Made by a program: the position numbers and the translations under genes
The notes under the pieces: model-generated
What the model was told of the DNA's origin: nothing
The model's input: only the letters and a program-made list of their open reading frames with translations
Database searches by the model: none
In this document: piece by piece, positions 13,728 to 30,204 of the stretch
How positions within the stretch are numbered: the first letter of the stretch is position 1
How the letters are laid out: the number at the start of each line of letters is the position of its first letter
Origin: Eledone cirrhosa
Taxonomy: Eukaryota
NCBI GenBank assembly: GCA_964016885.1
Contig: OZ024748.1
Coordinates: 5,642,001-5,706,000, forward strand
DNA length: 64,000 nt
Direction of reading: 5' to 3'

Positions 13728-14008
13728 TGATCAAAAGAACATCTATTTTATTAATATTTATATTCTAATATTAATAACTCCGGAAAATTATTTTATCGTA
13801 GAGTGCTTCCAATCTACTGTAAAACTCATTCTTTGATATACTCATTGAATTTTGTTTAACTCTTCAATATTTATATATATATATACTCCTGCACAAAAAC
13901 ACACACGTCGCTCTGTTTTGAAGCATTATATATGTGTGTATTCGTATATGTCTTATTCTACTAAAGCACAAACACATACACTCACTCACTCACACTCACT
14001 CACTCACA

Positions 14009-14083
<75 letters not shown>

Positions 14084-14665
14084 ACACACATATATATATG
14101 TGTGCTTGCGTGTGTTTATGTGCGTAAATTGCATGTGTATGTACATACATAAATATATATATATCCTGTACAACAGATGCAATAACAATCATTAAAACAA
14201 AAACAAATTAAATTAAAGTATTAAAGAAATAAAATGAATTTGAGATCCTACATGCCATGTATTCAAATGCAAAATACATATAAAACACAGAAACAAACTT
14301 TCCTTGCAATAAAATAGACAACGGAGACCCAGGATATAAAAGCGACATGGCGGTTTTGAACAACATTTTGTTTTTACACGTTTGATAGAGTGAATTGTAA
14401 AGTTGACATCGTCTAGATTTGAACTCAGAGTCTAGCTGTTTTGATTAAATACCGCAAGATATGTCAGCTGATTTCACATGATTGTGTATGAGAGTACGGT
14501 TTATATATCTTTTTTTTCCCACATGTACTTTCTTTGTCGAAACAAGAAAATAAATGTGTTTTTAATAAAGAATTATACTTGACATTGTTTCCTGGAGTAT
14601 TGAGTACTTTATTTAGTATGGCAAAAGCTTATTCCTACCAACGAATAGTATGCAATATCAGTATC

Positions 14666-14752
<87 letters not shown>

Positions 14753-14789
14753 TTATGTTAAGGCTTACGATACTTTGTTATATATATAT

Positions 14790-14892
14790 GTATTTAATAC
14801 ATATTTTCTCTAGGGTTCTTATATATTTGATAGATATTTATCCTTATCGAGCCCTCTTTGGATTTTAGTCTTCAAATTTATTATTATTACTA
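14790..14892. repeat. Short TA-associated interspersed repeat (family C)
   Basis: ggattttagtcttca...tttattattattac motif recurs at about 22620-22718, 38388-38487, 41330-41438 and (reverse) 42872-42948. Confidence 0.65.
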
Positions 14893-15771
14893 TATATATA
14901 TATATATATATAAATATATATATACCAATATGTATATAGGAATCTGTGTATATATGTGTGTTTGTTTGTATGTGTGTGTGTGTGTATGAATTATGTACGT
15001 ATGTATACTTTCTCTTTCCTATTTCGTATGCTATTCATCGAAACTGAGTGAGAGTATATTATCACTAGGATTAAAGTTAAGGACGAAAGCAGACGGATAT
15101 TTACTTTTAAAGTTTATTTAAGGATTAACCTAAATATTTCTAAAGTCTACAGGTGATTCTGTATCATTTCTTCATCAGCTTAGTTTTGTTAGCATTTCTT
15201 AATTTTTCCTAAAGTATTCTAAGTTCAAAAATATTTATCTCTCATACGAAAGTATGTGCCTCGAACTGAAAAACAAAATCTTGTCAATGGCATAGAATCT
15301 TAAGTAATATGAAATAGGGTTCAATTTATGAATTAAAATTTTCATAATAGAGAAATTGCTCAATAAACTGAAACCTACACGTCATTAATTATAATCTTAA
15401 ACAGAATACTATTTCAATGTCTTTGCACTTAATATGTCCCTCAATTTAACGATTAGACTTGACCTTATGCTGCCCTTAGTTGAGACCCACCGATCCGTAG
15501 TGTCGCCAAAGAAAATATCTATAAGCCGTTGCTATAGACGATGTAAGACTACGAACTGCCTAGAAATGAAACCCCAATTCTTCTTATATTTGCAATTGTA
15601 TTCAGCAACATTCATGATGTTGTGAGGCGCCTGAGGTGGACTCCATACTGTCGCTAGTTATCTTGAACTCGATAATATCCCTACATCTCTTTGACAGACA
15701 CTTAGCATAAACTTAACTGCGGAGACTTACAAAAGCGCTTCCTCTATAATTGAAGCATTATCTCTTGTCTC

Positions 15772-15968
15772 ATCGGTAGAGGGTCAGACACCATGCTTTC
15801 CAACATAGAGTTATGGCCCTTTATATTCTGATTTCAAATCCCGCCGAGGTTAAATTTGCCTTTCATCCTCACGAGGTAGATAGAATAAAGTACCAGTCAC
15901 ACACTGGGGTCGATTTAATCGACTTCCACCCTCATTACTGGCCTTGTTCCTATATTAGAAACCATTAT
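15772..15968 (+). mobile_element. SINE S1 (longer 3' variant)
   Basis: atcggtagagggtcagacacc...ttcaaatcccgccgagg..., with an extra ggggtcgatttaatcgac hairpin also seen in the 56206-56417 and 62891-63103 copies. Confidence 0.85.
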
Positions 15969-16059
15969 CCTCCCCCATAGACCTTGCAACATTTTAGCTC
16001 TTTAATTGCTCTGCTGCCTTCTACCTCCGAGAAATAAGTCTTCGCTCCTTGGTACAACC

Positions 16060-16128
<69 letters not shown>

Positions 16129-16143
16129 GGGTGGTGGTATGTG

Positions 16144-16213
<70 letters not shown>

Positions 16214-16215
16214 CA
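16060..16215. repeat. (TAG)n microsatellite
   Basis: Visible run; similar runs at about 28037-28108, 32820-32900 (TAC) and 43206-43400. Confidence 0.95.
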
Positions 16216-16684
16216 GCAGCAACAGCAGTAGCAACAGCAGAAGCAATGTTGGTAGGGTGGGTGCTGGTAGGGGTAGTAAAGCTGGGAAGGAGAATTTCAT
16301 TGCTTAAATCCTGTGTGTGCTAAGTATATATGTATACAGATGTGTCTATGAAGCTAAGCTGGTTGCGAGCAGCATGGAGTTTCTCATGCATGACGCTAAA
16401 GAATAATATTTGTTTAAACACCCACTACATGTCCCCTACTAGCATACATAGCGCACAATTCACACACTAATACACTATTACACTACTACACTAATATACA
16501 CTCACCAAGCACAATGTAAACATAACCACATAAACACACATGCAGATATTTCAATAACATTAGCGTACATTCCCTTATAAATACACGTAGTTACGCATAT
16601 GTGTGTGTAAGTATGGGAACATGTTAAGCATATATGTATATATATACATATATATATATATATACATCTATATATATATATACA

Positions 16685-16730
<46 letters not shown>

Positions 16731-16831
16731 AATATGCGTGTTTCTGCGTCTCTGTGCTTCTTTATTATTTCTGGCAATTTTACAACAATATGAACCTCCC
16801 CAAGTATAACAATATATATATATATATATAT

Positions 16832-16921
<90 letters not shown>

Positions 16922-17365
16922 ATGTGTGTGTATGGGGAATGTATGTGTATTACTACGTGCTCGTCAAACAAGGAGGGGCCATTGCCCACCAAAGTTTGCA
17001 AGCCCTCTTAATCTGATGATATCAATGCAGGTGATGCTTAGTTAGAACATGTGTAGAAGCTATGGAGAGGAGGGGGAATTATTAGGGTGAGTCTTTAGTG
17101 AGAAATCTGGGGTAAGTGGGTGAGTCAGAGCAAATAGGAAGAGAAGGGAAACAAGGAGAGGAAGGTGAAGGAAAGATATTAATATAACTAATGTAAGCCA
17201 TTGCAAGACCTATTAAAAAGAGGTGATAGCTTTTCTATGGCTTTATTCCACAGATGGTGTCGTTAACTCTTTACGTTTAGACTATTGGGAAGAGGACTAG
17301 TATTTTCTTAAACCATAGATTACATAGTTATCTCAATATGTCTAGACTATTTGTGATCAAGAAAC

Positions 17366-17417
<52 letters not shown>

Positions 17418-17548
17418 GGGAAGATAGAGAAAGAGAGAGGGGTTTAAAACCCCGACCGCGGCGCCAAGCTTAGGGTTTTTCCCACTCTGCATTTCTCCAT
17501 GCATTGATTACTCCTATGATTAGTGGTCTCCCTTGTCTCAGCACCACA

Positions 17549-17626
<78 letters not shown>

Positions 17627-17627
<1 letters not shown>

Positions 17628-17715
17628 CAACACAACTAGTTAGGAAATTACAAGTACAATCCATTAATGGAACAGTAAAAATATGTAAAACATTCCAAAA
17701 ATGTTGCATCTAATA
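17627..17715 (+). mobile_element. 3' terminal relic of an R4/Dong-like LINE ORF, following (TA)n
   Basis: Encodes TTQLVRKLQVQSINGTVKICKTFQKCCI*, matching the decayed copy at 11095-11200 (minus). Confidence 0.5.
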
Positions 17716-18699
17716 ACTGCTTATACACATGTACAGACACAAACCATATACGCATGCACAGATACTACTCAAAACATACACATAGACACATACAATAACA
17801 TCCATATCTACACATGCATGCATACATAATCTACCTAGTTGATGTTGTGTACATTCCAATGAGAGAGTCTTGTTATGTCTATGTTAGAAACCGACTCTCG
17901 CTCTATTGGGAAACAAGAAGAACATACATACATACATACATACATACACACTCACTTGTATGTATGTGATTGTGGTATTGGGGGTGAATATTTCTAGAGC
18001 AATGGATATTTACATATACCCAAATATACAGACATCTTAAATTGTTAGATATTGAGTCTTGTAGCATAGTAGATATCTTCTCAAATACTGTTCACAATCT
18101 CTGCTGAGTTCCTCTTAGCAGCCTGTCGATTGATGTGTGCTACCTGTGTTCTCTCAACATATACAGCTTCAGTTACTAGATAAACCTACAGATGTATCTC
18201 ACCTTCCCTTAGCATTTAACGTTTCTCATATGATGAATAATATTTCATATATCTTTGATGATGTGTCTGTGAAGCAGTGGTGACATGTGACATGTTCTTC
18301 AAAGGTTTATTTATCGTATATCACAAGGTATTGAATGTATGGCAGTTTTTAGAAACATGCAATGTCAGATACGTTTTTGAGGGCTTATGCTTTCTGCTTT
18401 CATGTCCATCCATCATTCCGAAAGCAGGCACACACAAACACACACATAAACACATATGCACTCACAAACATACACATAACAACAAACTCAAACACACACA
18501 CGCACACATACGTACGTTTGAGGACGAATATCTTTATAAGTTAACGCATAGATATCTTAATACAAACATTGGCACACACACACACATGCATACATATGAG
18601 AAAATATTTTAGGCTAGTAAAGATCACATTCGAAAAGTGGTTTATAGATGCAATGAATAATACTCATGGTGGATTGCGAGGCAGAAAGAAACGAGTGAA

Positions 18700-19000
18700 C
18701 TATTGCAATAGGAAAAGCAGGCATGATATTTTGTTTTCGCAAAATAAATTCGGCATACTGAGGTTTATTGCACTAAAGCAGAAAGTTTAGTGAATCAACA
18801 TGGAATAGAGGAAGCAAGTTGTGGAAAATGGATCTCGTCTATGATCCCAGTTCAGGTCAGTGTACGCTCTACTACCACATGTGGTCTATAATAGACAGAG
18901 TGGTGTGATTATCATATGTGGGAAGACTTCGCATCGTTGGAGTATATTCAACAATAGCAGAGTCGTTAGAGCATCGAAAAAAGGTGCTCAGCTGCATTTG
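18700..19000 (+). pseudogene. Possible highly decayed Tc1/mariner transposase C-terminus
   Basis: One frame reads PSSGQCTLYYHMWSIIDRVV, loosely like the PxSPDLNPxDxxxW motif; disrupted frames. Confidence 0.3.
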
Positions 19001-19667
19001 TTTTGGCTACTACTACGACTACCACCACCAATATTACTACAAATAGTTCACATTCTGCTGTCATTTATATTGACTTTCTCCTCCTCTATAATTCACGTCT
19101 TGTGCCTATGTGGAAACAATTATTGTTACAACTCAAATTGACATATGGTTTAGCTCTCTTATTTCACTCAACTGGTGGATATGATTGTTAATTACCTTGT
19201 TGACCCTGATCAATAACTTACCTTGTCAGAGTCATAATGAAAGACTTTTATACGGCATACGATGTGCAATTTGAATCTGGAGAGGTCCATCCCTCCTTCT
19301 GTTTGTTCCCTGCTAGTTTCTTTAACACAGACACAGAGAGAGAGAGATAGAGCGGTGCGAGGTAAAAAGGAGACAGACTGAGTGAAAGACGGAGAGGTGG
19401 ATGAGAAAGAAGTGAGAAGGTGCTAGAGCGAAAAGAGCATTTGATCTCGTCGAGGTTTGAGCCCAAAGAGCGAAGATCATGAAGATATACCTGCTAACAT
19501 TCTCTCGACATTTAAAGTACACGGACACACACAAACATACACGCACACACAAAAACACACGGAGAAAATTACACAAATACACACACACAGAAACAACCAG
19601 AAACATACACACACATATATACAAATAGCGTTTCGTGTGTATATATTTACTAGAATAGTATTTTCAT

Positions 19668-19760
19668 CACTTTGTCTTTCATCCTTACGGGATCGATAAA
19701 ATAAAGTACCAGTAATGTACTGGATAATTGCTGGCCTTGTGCCAAAAGTAGAAACAATAA
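19668..19760 (+). mobile_element. SINE S1, 5'-truncated
   Basis: ctttcatccttacgggatcgataaaataaagtaccag...gtagaaacaa. Confidence 0.85.
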
Positions 19761-20054
19761 TTTTTATTTTATTGCAGAAAAGATGAGATCATTGCTGATC
19801 AGAAGTGTCAGCCACCCAGTGAAGAAATGAATAACTATGATTGGAAAGGTTAAGACTGAAAAGAACGAATATTTAAAGAGTTGAGTTATTTTATCAGACT
19901 TGCGTGTGTTATATAATATTGGTTGGCTTTCAACAAAACTTCTGACGACCGATGTTACTTTTAATTTTGTTTAGTTTTGCAGTCAATAAGTATGGTAGAC
20001 TCATAACAATGGATAAACATCATGTGTACTAATAAAGTCCACACTCACACATTC

Positions 20055-20106
<52 letters not shown>

Positions 20107-20127
20107 GTGTATGTATACATATGTCTC

Positions 20128-20208
<81 letters not shown>

Positions 20209-20800
20209 CACATACACAAACAGAGAAACACACATATATACATATGAGTGTATGCGTATATGTATGTATCTATATATATATGTATGTATGTATATATGCA
20301 TGTATGTATCTATGTATGTAGGTGTGCATGTATGTTTTGTGAATGTATGTATATGTGTATGTGTTGGAAAGCAACCATTCGCTTTTCGTTCCATTTATGT
20401 AGCGTGTTAAAACGACAGCCATACCTATCTATACTAGATTAAAATGTACTTAAATATTTGTCTGCATTCACTCTTGCTGCTCATTCTCTGTCTTACCCTC
20501 ACTCATATATATTCATATATATATGTGTGTGTGTGTTTATATGTATATGTATACATATATATATTTATTTATATATATATATATATATGTGCGCGTGTGT
20601 GTGAGTGAGTATATGCGTGTGTGTGTGTCTGTGTTTGATACAACTTAACATTTCGTGTGACGTATAATCAGTTTCTAAAACATTCTTTCATCTAAAAGGG
20701 TAGATTTGATTTAATTCTCTCTCTCAATCTCTCTTTATTTTCTCCCATTTTCTTTCTCTCAGAAACTGACACACACACATAAACACACAGAAGCGTATAA

Positions 20801-20832
<32 letters not shown>

Positions 20833-21723
20833 TTTCTAATTGTGGCGCTCTACAGTTTAACCTCTGCATCATTTAACCGGTAATAAGTCAGTTATAGTTT
20901 ATTTCTCTATAGTGTAACTGTATATAAACTGTGCCTATATTGGCAAGGTCGTTAGAAATTAGGATAAAATACCTTGTGGTATTAATAGCAGCATTCAGTG
21001 CTTTCACCATAAACATAATCAACATTTTTTGGTGTTGGTAATATAATTTAGGTTGTGATTTTAAATGTATCGATAATATGCATTGTTTTCCAATGTTTTG
21101 CGTTCTCTGTTCGTAGTTTTAAATATCTCACCGAGTTTAACCCCATCTCAATCACCTACTACATTATTGAATTTCATGTTTGTGTTAGAATTCCAATCAT
21201 GCATTCGTTTTGGGTAGCCCTTCTTTCCTGCCTTCCAATTCTTTTGAAATCCCTAAAATACGAAGAATCTTAGCCGCTGCTTTTGAAATGGAATAAAAGG
21301 AAAATATTTTTCTCATCTCCCGAATGCGAGTCAATATTTGTATTTAAGGGTAAACTCTATGTAAAGAAGTAAAGGTCCCTTATATTCTGGTAGAATCATA
21401 GTTGTGGGATCTTTTGTAATTAAATACATATGATGGTAAAAAAATAACGATTATATTGATGAATTCATCTGTCCTCCTGATTAGGAATTTCAGGTAAAGG
21501 CTTTTGGTGGACCGGGAATGTTCTTCATGAATATATCTATGTCAAGTTTGGTCAACAGGATTCCGTAGCGAACGTTATAAGGGTGACGGTGTGGAGGTAA
21601 ACAATATGTAGATTCCGAGTAATATTGTGTGGGGCAACCACAACTAAAATGGTTAATCCAAGGTTACTGTACAGCTAGGTTAACCACCCCTAAACAATAT
21701 ATATATATATATATGTGTGTGTT

Positions 21724-21962
<239 letters not shown>

Positions 21963-22451
21963 TATATATATTTATATATATGTATATATACGGCTATATG
22001 TATGTGTGTATGCCAGTCTTTCTGTAAGTATTTTTGTTTTTATGTTTCTATATTTACGAGGTAGATTTGTTGATAAATATCACAGTACACTGCACTTAAA
22101 GTTTTCCGATCTGAGACATAGCAAGTTAAATAAATATTTACAATTTCAGTTACAGTGTATTTTAACACCAAACTCCTATGTACACTAACTGAATTACCTA
22201 CAACGTATTATTTTGATACGTAATCACCATTTCCGTCTCCAATGTTCTAATCAGCAGTCATAGAATTACTGCCAAGTACGATATATGATACGTGAAATGT
22301 AGGAACCAGTACTGCAGAATATAACTTTATCTTGAATACATTTGTAAAATATATGCATATGTATATATATTATACGTGAGTGCGTGTGCCTGTGCGTTTG
22401 TGAGTGTGTATGGGAGTTTGAGCCTGTATTCTGTACGCATTTATATATGTA

Positions 22452-22549
22452 TATATATGGTCCATAAAAATGTATACACAATTTGATAATCTATACAGGC
22501 AATATTTATTAGAAAGCTGTTGAAGTCTGGATACATTTTTTGCGACACC

Positions 22550-22556
<7 letters not shown>
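22452..22556. mobile_element. ~105-bp Tc1/mariner-type MITE
   Basis: Degenerate TIRs ending ...gacaccctgTA; reverse-complement match to 51357-51462; TA flanks. Confidence 0.65.
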
Positions 22557-22620
<64 letters not shown>

Positions 22621-22762
22621 AATAAATATTTGCTCTTCGGGTTTATATATATTTTATATATATATAATCCTTATCGAACCTCTTCGGATTTTAGCCTTCA
22701 CATTTATTATTATTACTATATATATATATATATATATAACATAGAATCAGCCACAGATACAG

Positions 22763-22815
<53 letters not shown>

Positions 22816-23395
22816 TATATATATGATTTCAAAAACAAAATAGAATCAAAGCCACAAATACAGGATTGTTATTATTATTATTATTTTTATTTTCTTGTTC
22901 TTTTATTCTGGATAGATGTTTATGTATTATATTTTATTTATATTTTTATTTTACTTCAATTTATATTATTTTAAATTTTCTTCTCTTTTTTTCCTTCCAA
23001 ATGAATATTATGATCTCTGAAACAAAAGGGACGTATTTTACTGATGGATAAATGAGTTTATCTCAAAAGAAGATTTAAAAAAAAGCTAAAGTTTGATGGA
23101 ATGAAAAAAAGGATTTTTTCCTTTGGGGTTTATCTTTATTCGTCTCTTCATACTTCATAATTTTATGCATGTTGATAACTTCATCAAACATCTCATTTTT
23201 TTTTTTTTTGTCACAACAATACAATATTTCTGGAGGAGAAAAAGATCGGGGGTTGTATTTGAACGAAAAAAAAATGGAAAAAAAAAAATGAAAATAACAA
23301 CAACAAAAAAACAAGTATAGATTTTGAACTCTTCAAAGAAGTGTATAATGATGTGTGAATATATATACATACATATATACATATACATACATATA

Positions 23396-23503
<108 letters not shown>

Positions 23504-23564
23504 CATATGCATATATATGCATACATACGTATAAATATGTGTGTGTATGGATATACTACAATAC

Positions 23565-23641
<77 letters not shown>

Positions 23642-25752
23642 GTATGTATATATATATATAATAGTCGTAGGTTTTGAACGTCCTTTTCCAGGTTGGTTAT
23701 ATACATATTTTACGTTTAGTGCGTGTGTACGAAGTTACACACATACACCAATATACACAAACGCACGTGTGTGTGTATCTGTTTGTATATATACATACAT
23801 ATAAATATATGTACATATATATATATGTATACATACACATATATTCAAATATATATATACACACACACGTATATATATATATACATATATGCATATGTAT
23901 ATTTATATACATATACATATATACATACATATACGAAGACATATATATATATATAAACTTACATAATACATATTTATTACAATGATCATCAATGACTTAT
24001 TGTTCATTTACATATATTTATTTGTTGATATGATATTGTATTGTCCCCTCATGGTTTTATTGCAATATATGTAATAGCATGCCACCCGGGTCTTTTACTC
24101 GTCGTTTCAGTCCCTCATCAATGTATGGGATACTTTCATACTTTTTTTTTTTTGTATCATTGGAATTGTTTTCGTTTGAAATGTTTTTAAAAATCATTTT
24201 CACTTTTAACATTTCAGTCAATTTCATCAATGTATTTAGCATATTCAACGCCATATGTTGTATTTTTTCGAATATAACATAGTTTTTCGTGTCTGATATT
24301 TTTTAAAGTTTTAAAAAATGTTTTTTAAATTCAAATACACGACTCCAGTGATATTGTAAAATGTGCATTTTTTCATATATACATAAGAGTTAACTTTAGT
24401 TCTTTCGTGCTTTCGGTTTCAGCATGCGTATATTACTAGTTGTTGATTTGGTTTTCTTTACAAGATCTTCTATATATTTTTTCTATTTATCGCGCGCTTA
24501 GGAAAACATTTACATCCCTAATAATATTTTATAGTATATTATAATATATTATTATTATATTGTAATAAATAGGGATGTGGAATAAGAAATTTCTTAGCGT
24601 CAAAGATGAATAGGAATCCCGTGAACAGTGGCAGAACATTTCTAAACCAATATATAATCTTTCGCAGTGAAATTGATGTTTGCTCTTAATTAAATATTTC
24701 TGTTTGTCTATCTTTCCATTGGACACAAATTCTACACCTGTTTCATAATTTTGCTAGACACTTAAATCCTGCGACAAGCAGCACAGTCAAGATTAGAAGC
24801 AGATTCAAAGCATGAAATGTATGTATTTATAGATATTTGTACATTTTATTGTATGTTATATTTAAGGAGAGATAGACAAGAGAGAGAGATAGAAGTAAGA
24901 ATGAAGGACGGTTTAGTAGTGTGTGTTTCAAGGGGTAGGAATTTTGCGGTGTCGTTCTAATATTAAGATAAACAATTTGAGTAACTGTACATTATATGAC
25001 ACTTGAGTATTCGGTGTAATTAACAAGTTATGATTTAATCTAAATTAGTGTTTGGATATACATAAATACATACATACCTACATACGTACAATATATATAT
25101 ACATGTGCGTATACATGCATTCATATAAGTTTCTATGTGCTTATTTGTATTATTATAAGTATACGTATATTTGTCTATATATATATGTATATATATATAT
25201 ACAAATATATATATGAGTGTGTGTGGTGTGTGTGTGTGCGTAGAGAGAGAGAGAAAGTAAATGTGTGTATGTAATTGTATATATATATATATATATCTAC
25301 ATATCTACATATACATATATATATATATATATATATATTTATAAATATATATATATATATATACATATATATATAGGTGTATTTGGTGCGTGTGTTTGTA
25401 TGCCTGTGTGTGTATGTAGCTTCTAATTCTGTATCGATCTTGACCATCTCGTGATAGGCGTATTTCATTCCAATATTTTTTTTTTGTTATATCTAGCAAT
25501 CGTGTGTCATTTCAATAGAAGCAAAAATAATCGATACATGCTCAGCCAAAACGTGAGTGTCGATAAATAAATAGATTTCTGTGTGAGTTCATCCGTAAAT
25601 GAAATTCTCTTGCATACACCCCAGGTACGCTGGGCATGTGGGAGAAAATATTCTGGGTATTTTCAGCGAATACCAGTAATATACACTGTTGATAAATGTC
25701 ATCAATTATACGCCCTTTGTCGTCCCGTAAATCACTTGTCCGAAGTAGTACG

Positions 25753-25797
<45 letters not shown>

Positions 25798-25898
25798 ATG
25801 TATATATACATAAATATATATACATATACACAGAGGTATATATATATAAATATATATATATATAAATATGTTTATATATATATATATACATATATAAA

Positions 25899-25949
<51 letters not shown>

Positions 25950-26381
25950 AACATTATATATATATATATATACATATAGAAATATGTATGTATATATATA
26001 TTACACACATACATATATACATATCTCCACACATACATATATACATGGATATACACATCTATATATATGGTTGTATGTGTGCATGTATGGTTATATAAAT
26101 GTATATATATGTATGTCTCTATAAATACAGGAGAACATGATGAAATGTTTGGTGACGACTTAATTACAAATGTGTGATCAGCTTGTACTAATATGTAGCA
26201 CTTCTGTTTCATTTCGAACGCTAAGAAAACTGGGAATTATTGTTGGAAACTGACGCAAAAGAAGATTTTTGAATGCATTTAATTTATGTGTTATTAACAG
26301 TAGAATGTTCCAGGCAGGATGTATACTTGCAAATATATATCTATAAGTTTTTATATTTATATGTCATATATATATATATAA

Positions 26382-26567
26382 TTTATTCTACTTTAGGCAC
26401 AAGGCCAGCAATTACCCAGTACATTACTGGTACTTTATTTTATCGACCCCGTAAGGATGAAAGGCAAAGTTAACCTCGGCGGGATTTGAACTCAGACCGT
26501 AAAGGGACGTAACTATGCCAGAAAGCATGGCGTCCGACTCTCTACCGATACTGCCAATCCCCCGCCC
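26382..26567 (-). mobile_element. SINE S1, full length
   Basis: Reverse complement has A box tggcagtatcgg, B box gagttcaaatcc, the core domain and the gtagaa tail. Confidence 0.9.
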
Positions 26568-26613
26568 TATATATATATATTATATATATATATAATATTT
26601 ATATATATGATTA

Positions 26614-26816
<203 letters not shown>

Positions 26817-27070
26817 TAATACTCTTGTCTTGCCACTTAATAAAAACTACATGTGTGCGTGTGTATATGAGGGAATGTGTAAGTGTATGAGTCATCCTAT
26901 AAGCTTCTGTATGTCTAATTATATTATATACACACCTTTCAATTAATGTATATGTGACAATTTAAATACTTTTCGTTGACACTGAGCGGAGGATTTTGTC
27001 GTGTACATATATATATATATATATATGCAAATATATATGTATATATGTATAATGTACATATATATATATA

Positions 27071-27210
27071 TAACGAAGGAAATGTGGTAAGGAACCAGGT
27101 GGACCATAACGCACCAAAGTACTCAATACTTAGGGTAGTAGAGTGACTAGTCCAGAATTAGCCGTCGAAACGGCTTGAGCTCAGCCGTCGGGGTCCTACT
27201 CGTTGCTATA
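27071..27210. mobile_element. Family A TA-inserted cassette
   Basis: Reverse tail plus gtccagaattagccgtcGAAAcggcttgagctcagccGTCggggtc; TA runs on both sides. Confidence 0.8.
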
Positions 27211-27842
27211 TATATATATAATTGTGTATGTGTTTAAATACATACGCGTGCGTGTGTGTTTGAATGTGGGCCTGTATTTATGTTTGTGTCTGTGTGTGTG
27301 TATTATTTTTGTTTGTTTGTTTGTTTGTTTGTTTGTTTTGCAGTTTTTATCTCTGTCAGATAGCATTGTTTTATTATTGACTAATTTAACAATGACTGGC
27401 TCACTGCGTTTATTAACAAGACAAACATACATTCATACACACAGTCACCCACAGTCATTCGTCCACATACACCCTTACACACAGTCACAGACATACACAC
27501 ATAACTATCCTCATATCACATTGAAATATCGGTCGGATAGGTTGTTGGAATGCTCACCTATGACATATATTTACTGCCATTCAACTTATTATTTCCATCT
27601 TGTTTATGTACGGTTTATTATTATTTGATATTCTGTGTTCGTTTTATGTATTCCGTGTTTGCAATGAAGGCTAAGTTTTATTGCAGTGTTCTGTGTATGG
27701 AAGAAAAAGCATATGTTTGTCTGTGTGAGATATAGGACAGATATATTGAACACACCTACTATAACGATAATGATGTTGATGATAATGATGAAGATAATAA
27801 TAATAATGATAATAATAATGATATTAATAATAATAATTATAA

Positions 27843-28024
27843 TAATTGTTTCTACTTTTTGGCACAAGGCCAGCAATTACCCAGTGTATTACTGGTACTT
27901 TATTTTATCGACCCCATAAGGATGAAAGGCAAAGTTAACCTCGGCGGGATTTGAACTCAGAATGGCAAGGGCCGTAACTCTATGCGTCAAAGCATGGCGT
28001 CCGACCCTCTACCGATACTGCCAG
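27843..28024 (-). mobile_element. SINE S1, full length
   Basis: Same A/B boxes and core as other S1 copies; adjoins (AAT)n. Confidence 0.9.
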
Positions 28025-28037
28025 ATGGTACTAATGA

Positions 28038-28109
<72 letters not shown>

Positions 28110-28149
28110 AGTAATGATGTATTTATCTTAAAGGAAAATGTGAAAATAA

Positions 28150-29558
28150 GAATGAAAAATATAATTTAAAAGAATCCCACTTAATCTTTCCTTCATTCTA
28201 AATACCTTCATTTCGATAGTTATATAGTTACCTAGCTATTACAGTTACCTATCTATTGATGTGTTATTATTTTTGTTATTTATATCTCTCTTTATTATTT
28301 TACTACTGATTTTCACCTTTGCCTTGTCCCCAAATATCTCGGTCTACATTTGTGTAGATTTAAAGAAATCAGAATTCCTATGATAATGATTAATTTAATT
28401 AATTTATTATTGTTTAGCATATCTCTCGTCTCATATCTGCTCTTGCAGATTCCACGTACGATTTCAACGGATTTCAGCCGTGACCATAATAGTTTACTTG
28501 TGGGTAATCTATAACAACTTCGTTTAACGTTTAACGAAATTTCCTGTCACGTTCTGATTTCTCTAATACATTTGGTCTGTAAGACGTGTATGGAGATCTC
28601 ATGTGAGATTTTGTTACCCATTTTTAGCATCACGTACAGATATGTAGAGAAACCCTTGTTAGTGTTGTCAGTGTTGTTAGTGTTGTAAATGTCGCTAGGA
28701 ATAGTTAGCTGCATCATATTTAGTATATATATCACAAAAGACATACCATGGCAGTTTTCTCATTTAGTGATTTCAGTGTAAAAAATATCGCCATATATAC
28801 CATATTATTTACGGTGTTTTCAGCATAGAAAGGTCGTTAATTGTACCATTGCAGCTATCTTTCCTACAATGTTTTTTAGTACAGATACCCCCAGATGATA
28901 TACAATTTTGGCGTTCTTCCTAGAATATACAAACCTTGGAAGATGTGCTATATCAGCCATTTTCACTCAACTTTTAATGTTGTTTTGAAAATATTTTGCC
29001 CTTAATTTGTATTCGTGTATAAAGTATTTTTTAATATTTATTTTCTAAATATATTCTTCTTTTTGTATGTTTATATCAGTAACATATTACCATATTATCA
29101 TTATTATTAATATTATCATATTATTATTATTACTAGTACTATTATCATCATTGATATTATTATTATCATTATTGTTTCATACAGATTTTTAGTTTTTGTA
29201 GGGGTTTATATTGTTTATAATTTTTATTGATTTTATTTTTTTGTTATAGATTAAAATATTCTTTTAATCATATTTTCTGTAGAAATATCTTGTCGGTTTT
29301 ATTTTGCCTGTATGAGTGTCCGTAGTAATGTGTGTATGGATCTGTAGGGGGGTGATTCAGCAGTATTTGGGTAGGGGTGTCCTAATTATTTTTTCTTCCT
29401 TTTATTTCATTCATCAAATTTAGGAAAAAAAATTAAATTAAAAAAAAAATTCATCGTATTTGTTTGTTTGTCAGTTTTTATTTGTCATCAGCTTCTCAAA
29501 AAATTAGATTTGTCAATATAATGAATTTTAGTTTTCAAAGCGTTCGCCCGGAAGTGCT
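28150..29558 (-). other. Probable Lox5 3' UTR (distal end uncertain)
   Basis: AT-rich unique sequence directly after the stop codon, free of (TA)n runs and SINEs unlike the rest of the window. Several AATAAA candidates on the minus strand (e.g. plus-strand tttatt at about 28291). The true end cannot be determined. Confidence 0.45.
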
Positions 29559-29906
<348 letters not shown>

Positions 29907-30008
29907 TTATTTAGTCATAACAATAAAAATAATGTTACACACACACACACCCACACACACACAGACAAAGACATATATATATATATATATTTATATTTGT
30001 ACATATAC

Positions 30009-30042
<34 letters not shown>

Positions 30043-30151
30043 TTGTGTGTGTGTGTGTATGTGACTCAGTGATGTACTGGTGGTGGTTATAATATGAGTG
30101 CTCAGTGTAGAGCTAGAGTGTATATAAGAATAGCTACATCTGTGTGTGTGT

Positions 30152-30204
<53 letters not shown>

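Larger units (their letters stand above)
13552..13866. mobile_element. Near-perfect fold-back cassette carrying two complete hammerhead ribozymes
   Basis: Arms 13552-13658 and 13665-13771 with about 2 mismatches; (TA)n to the left and TA-rich sequence to the right; tail hairpin at 13777-13804. Confidence 0.85.
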
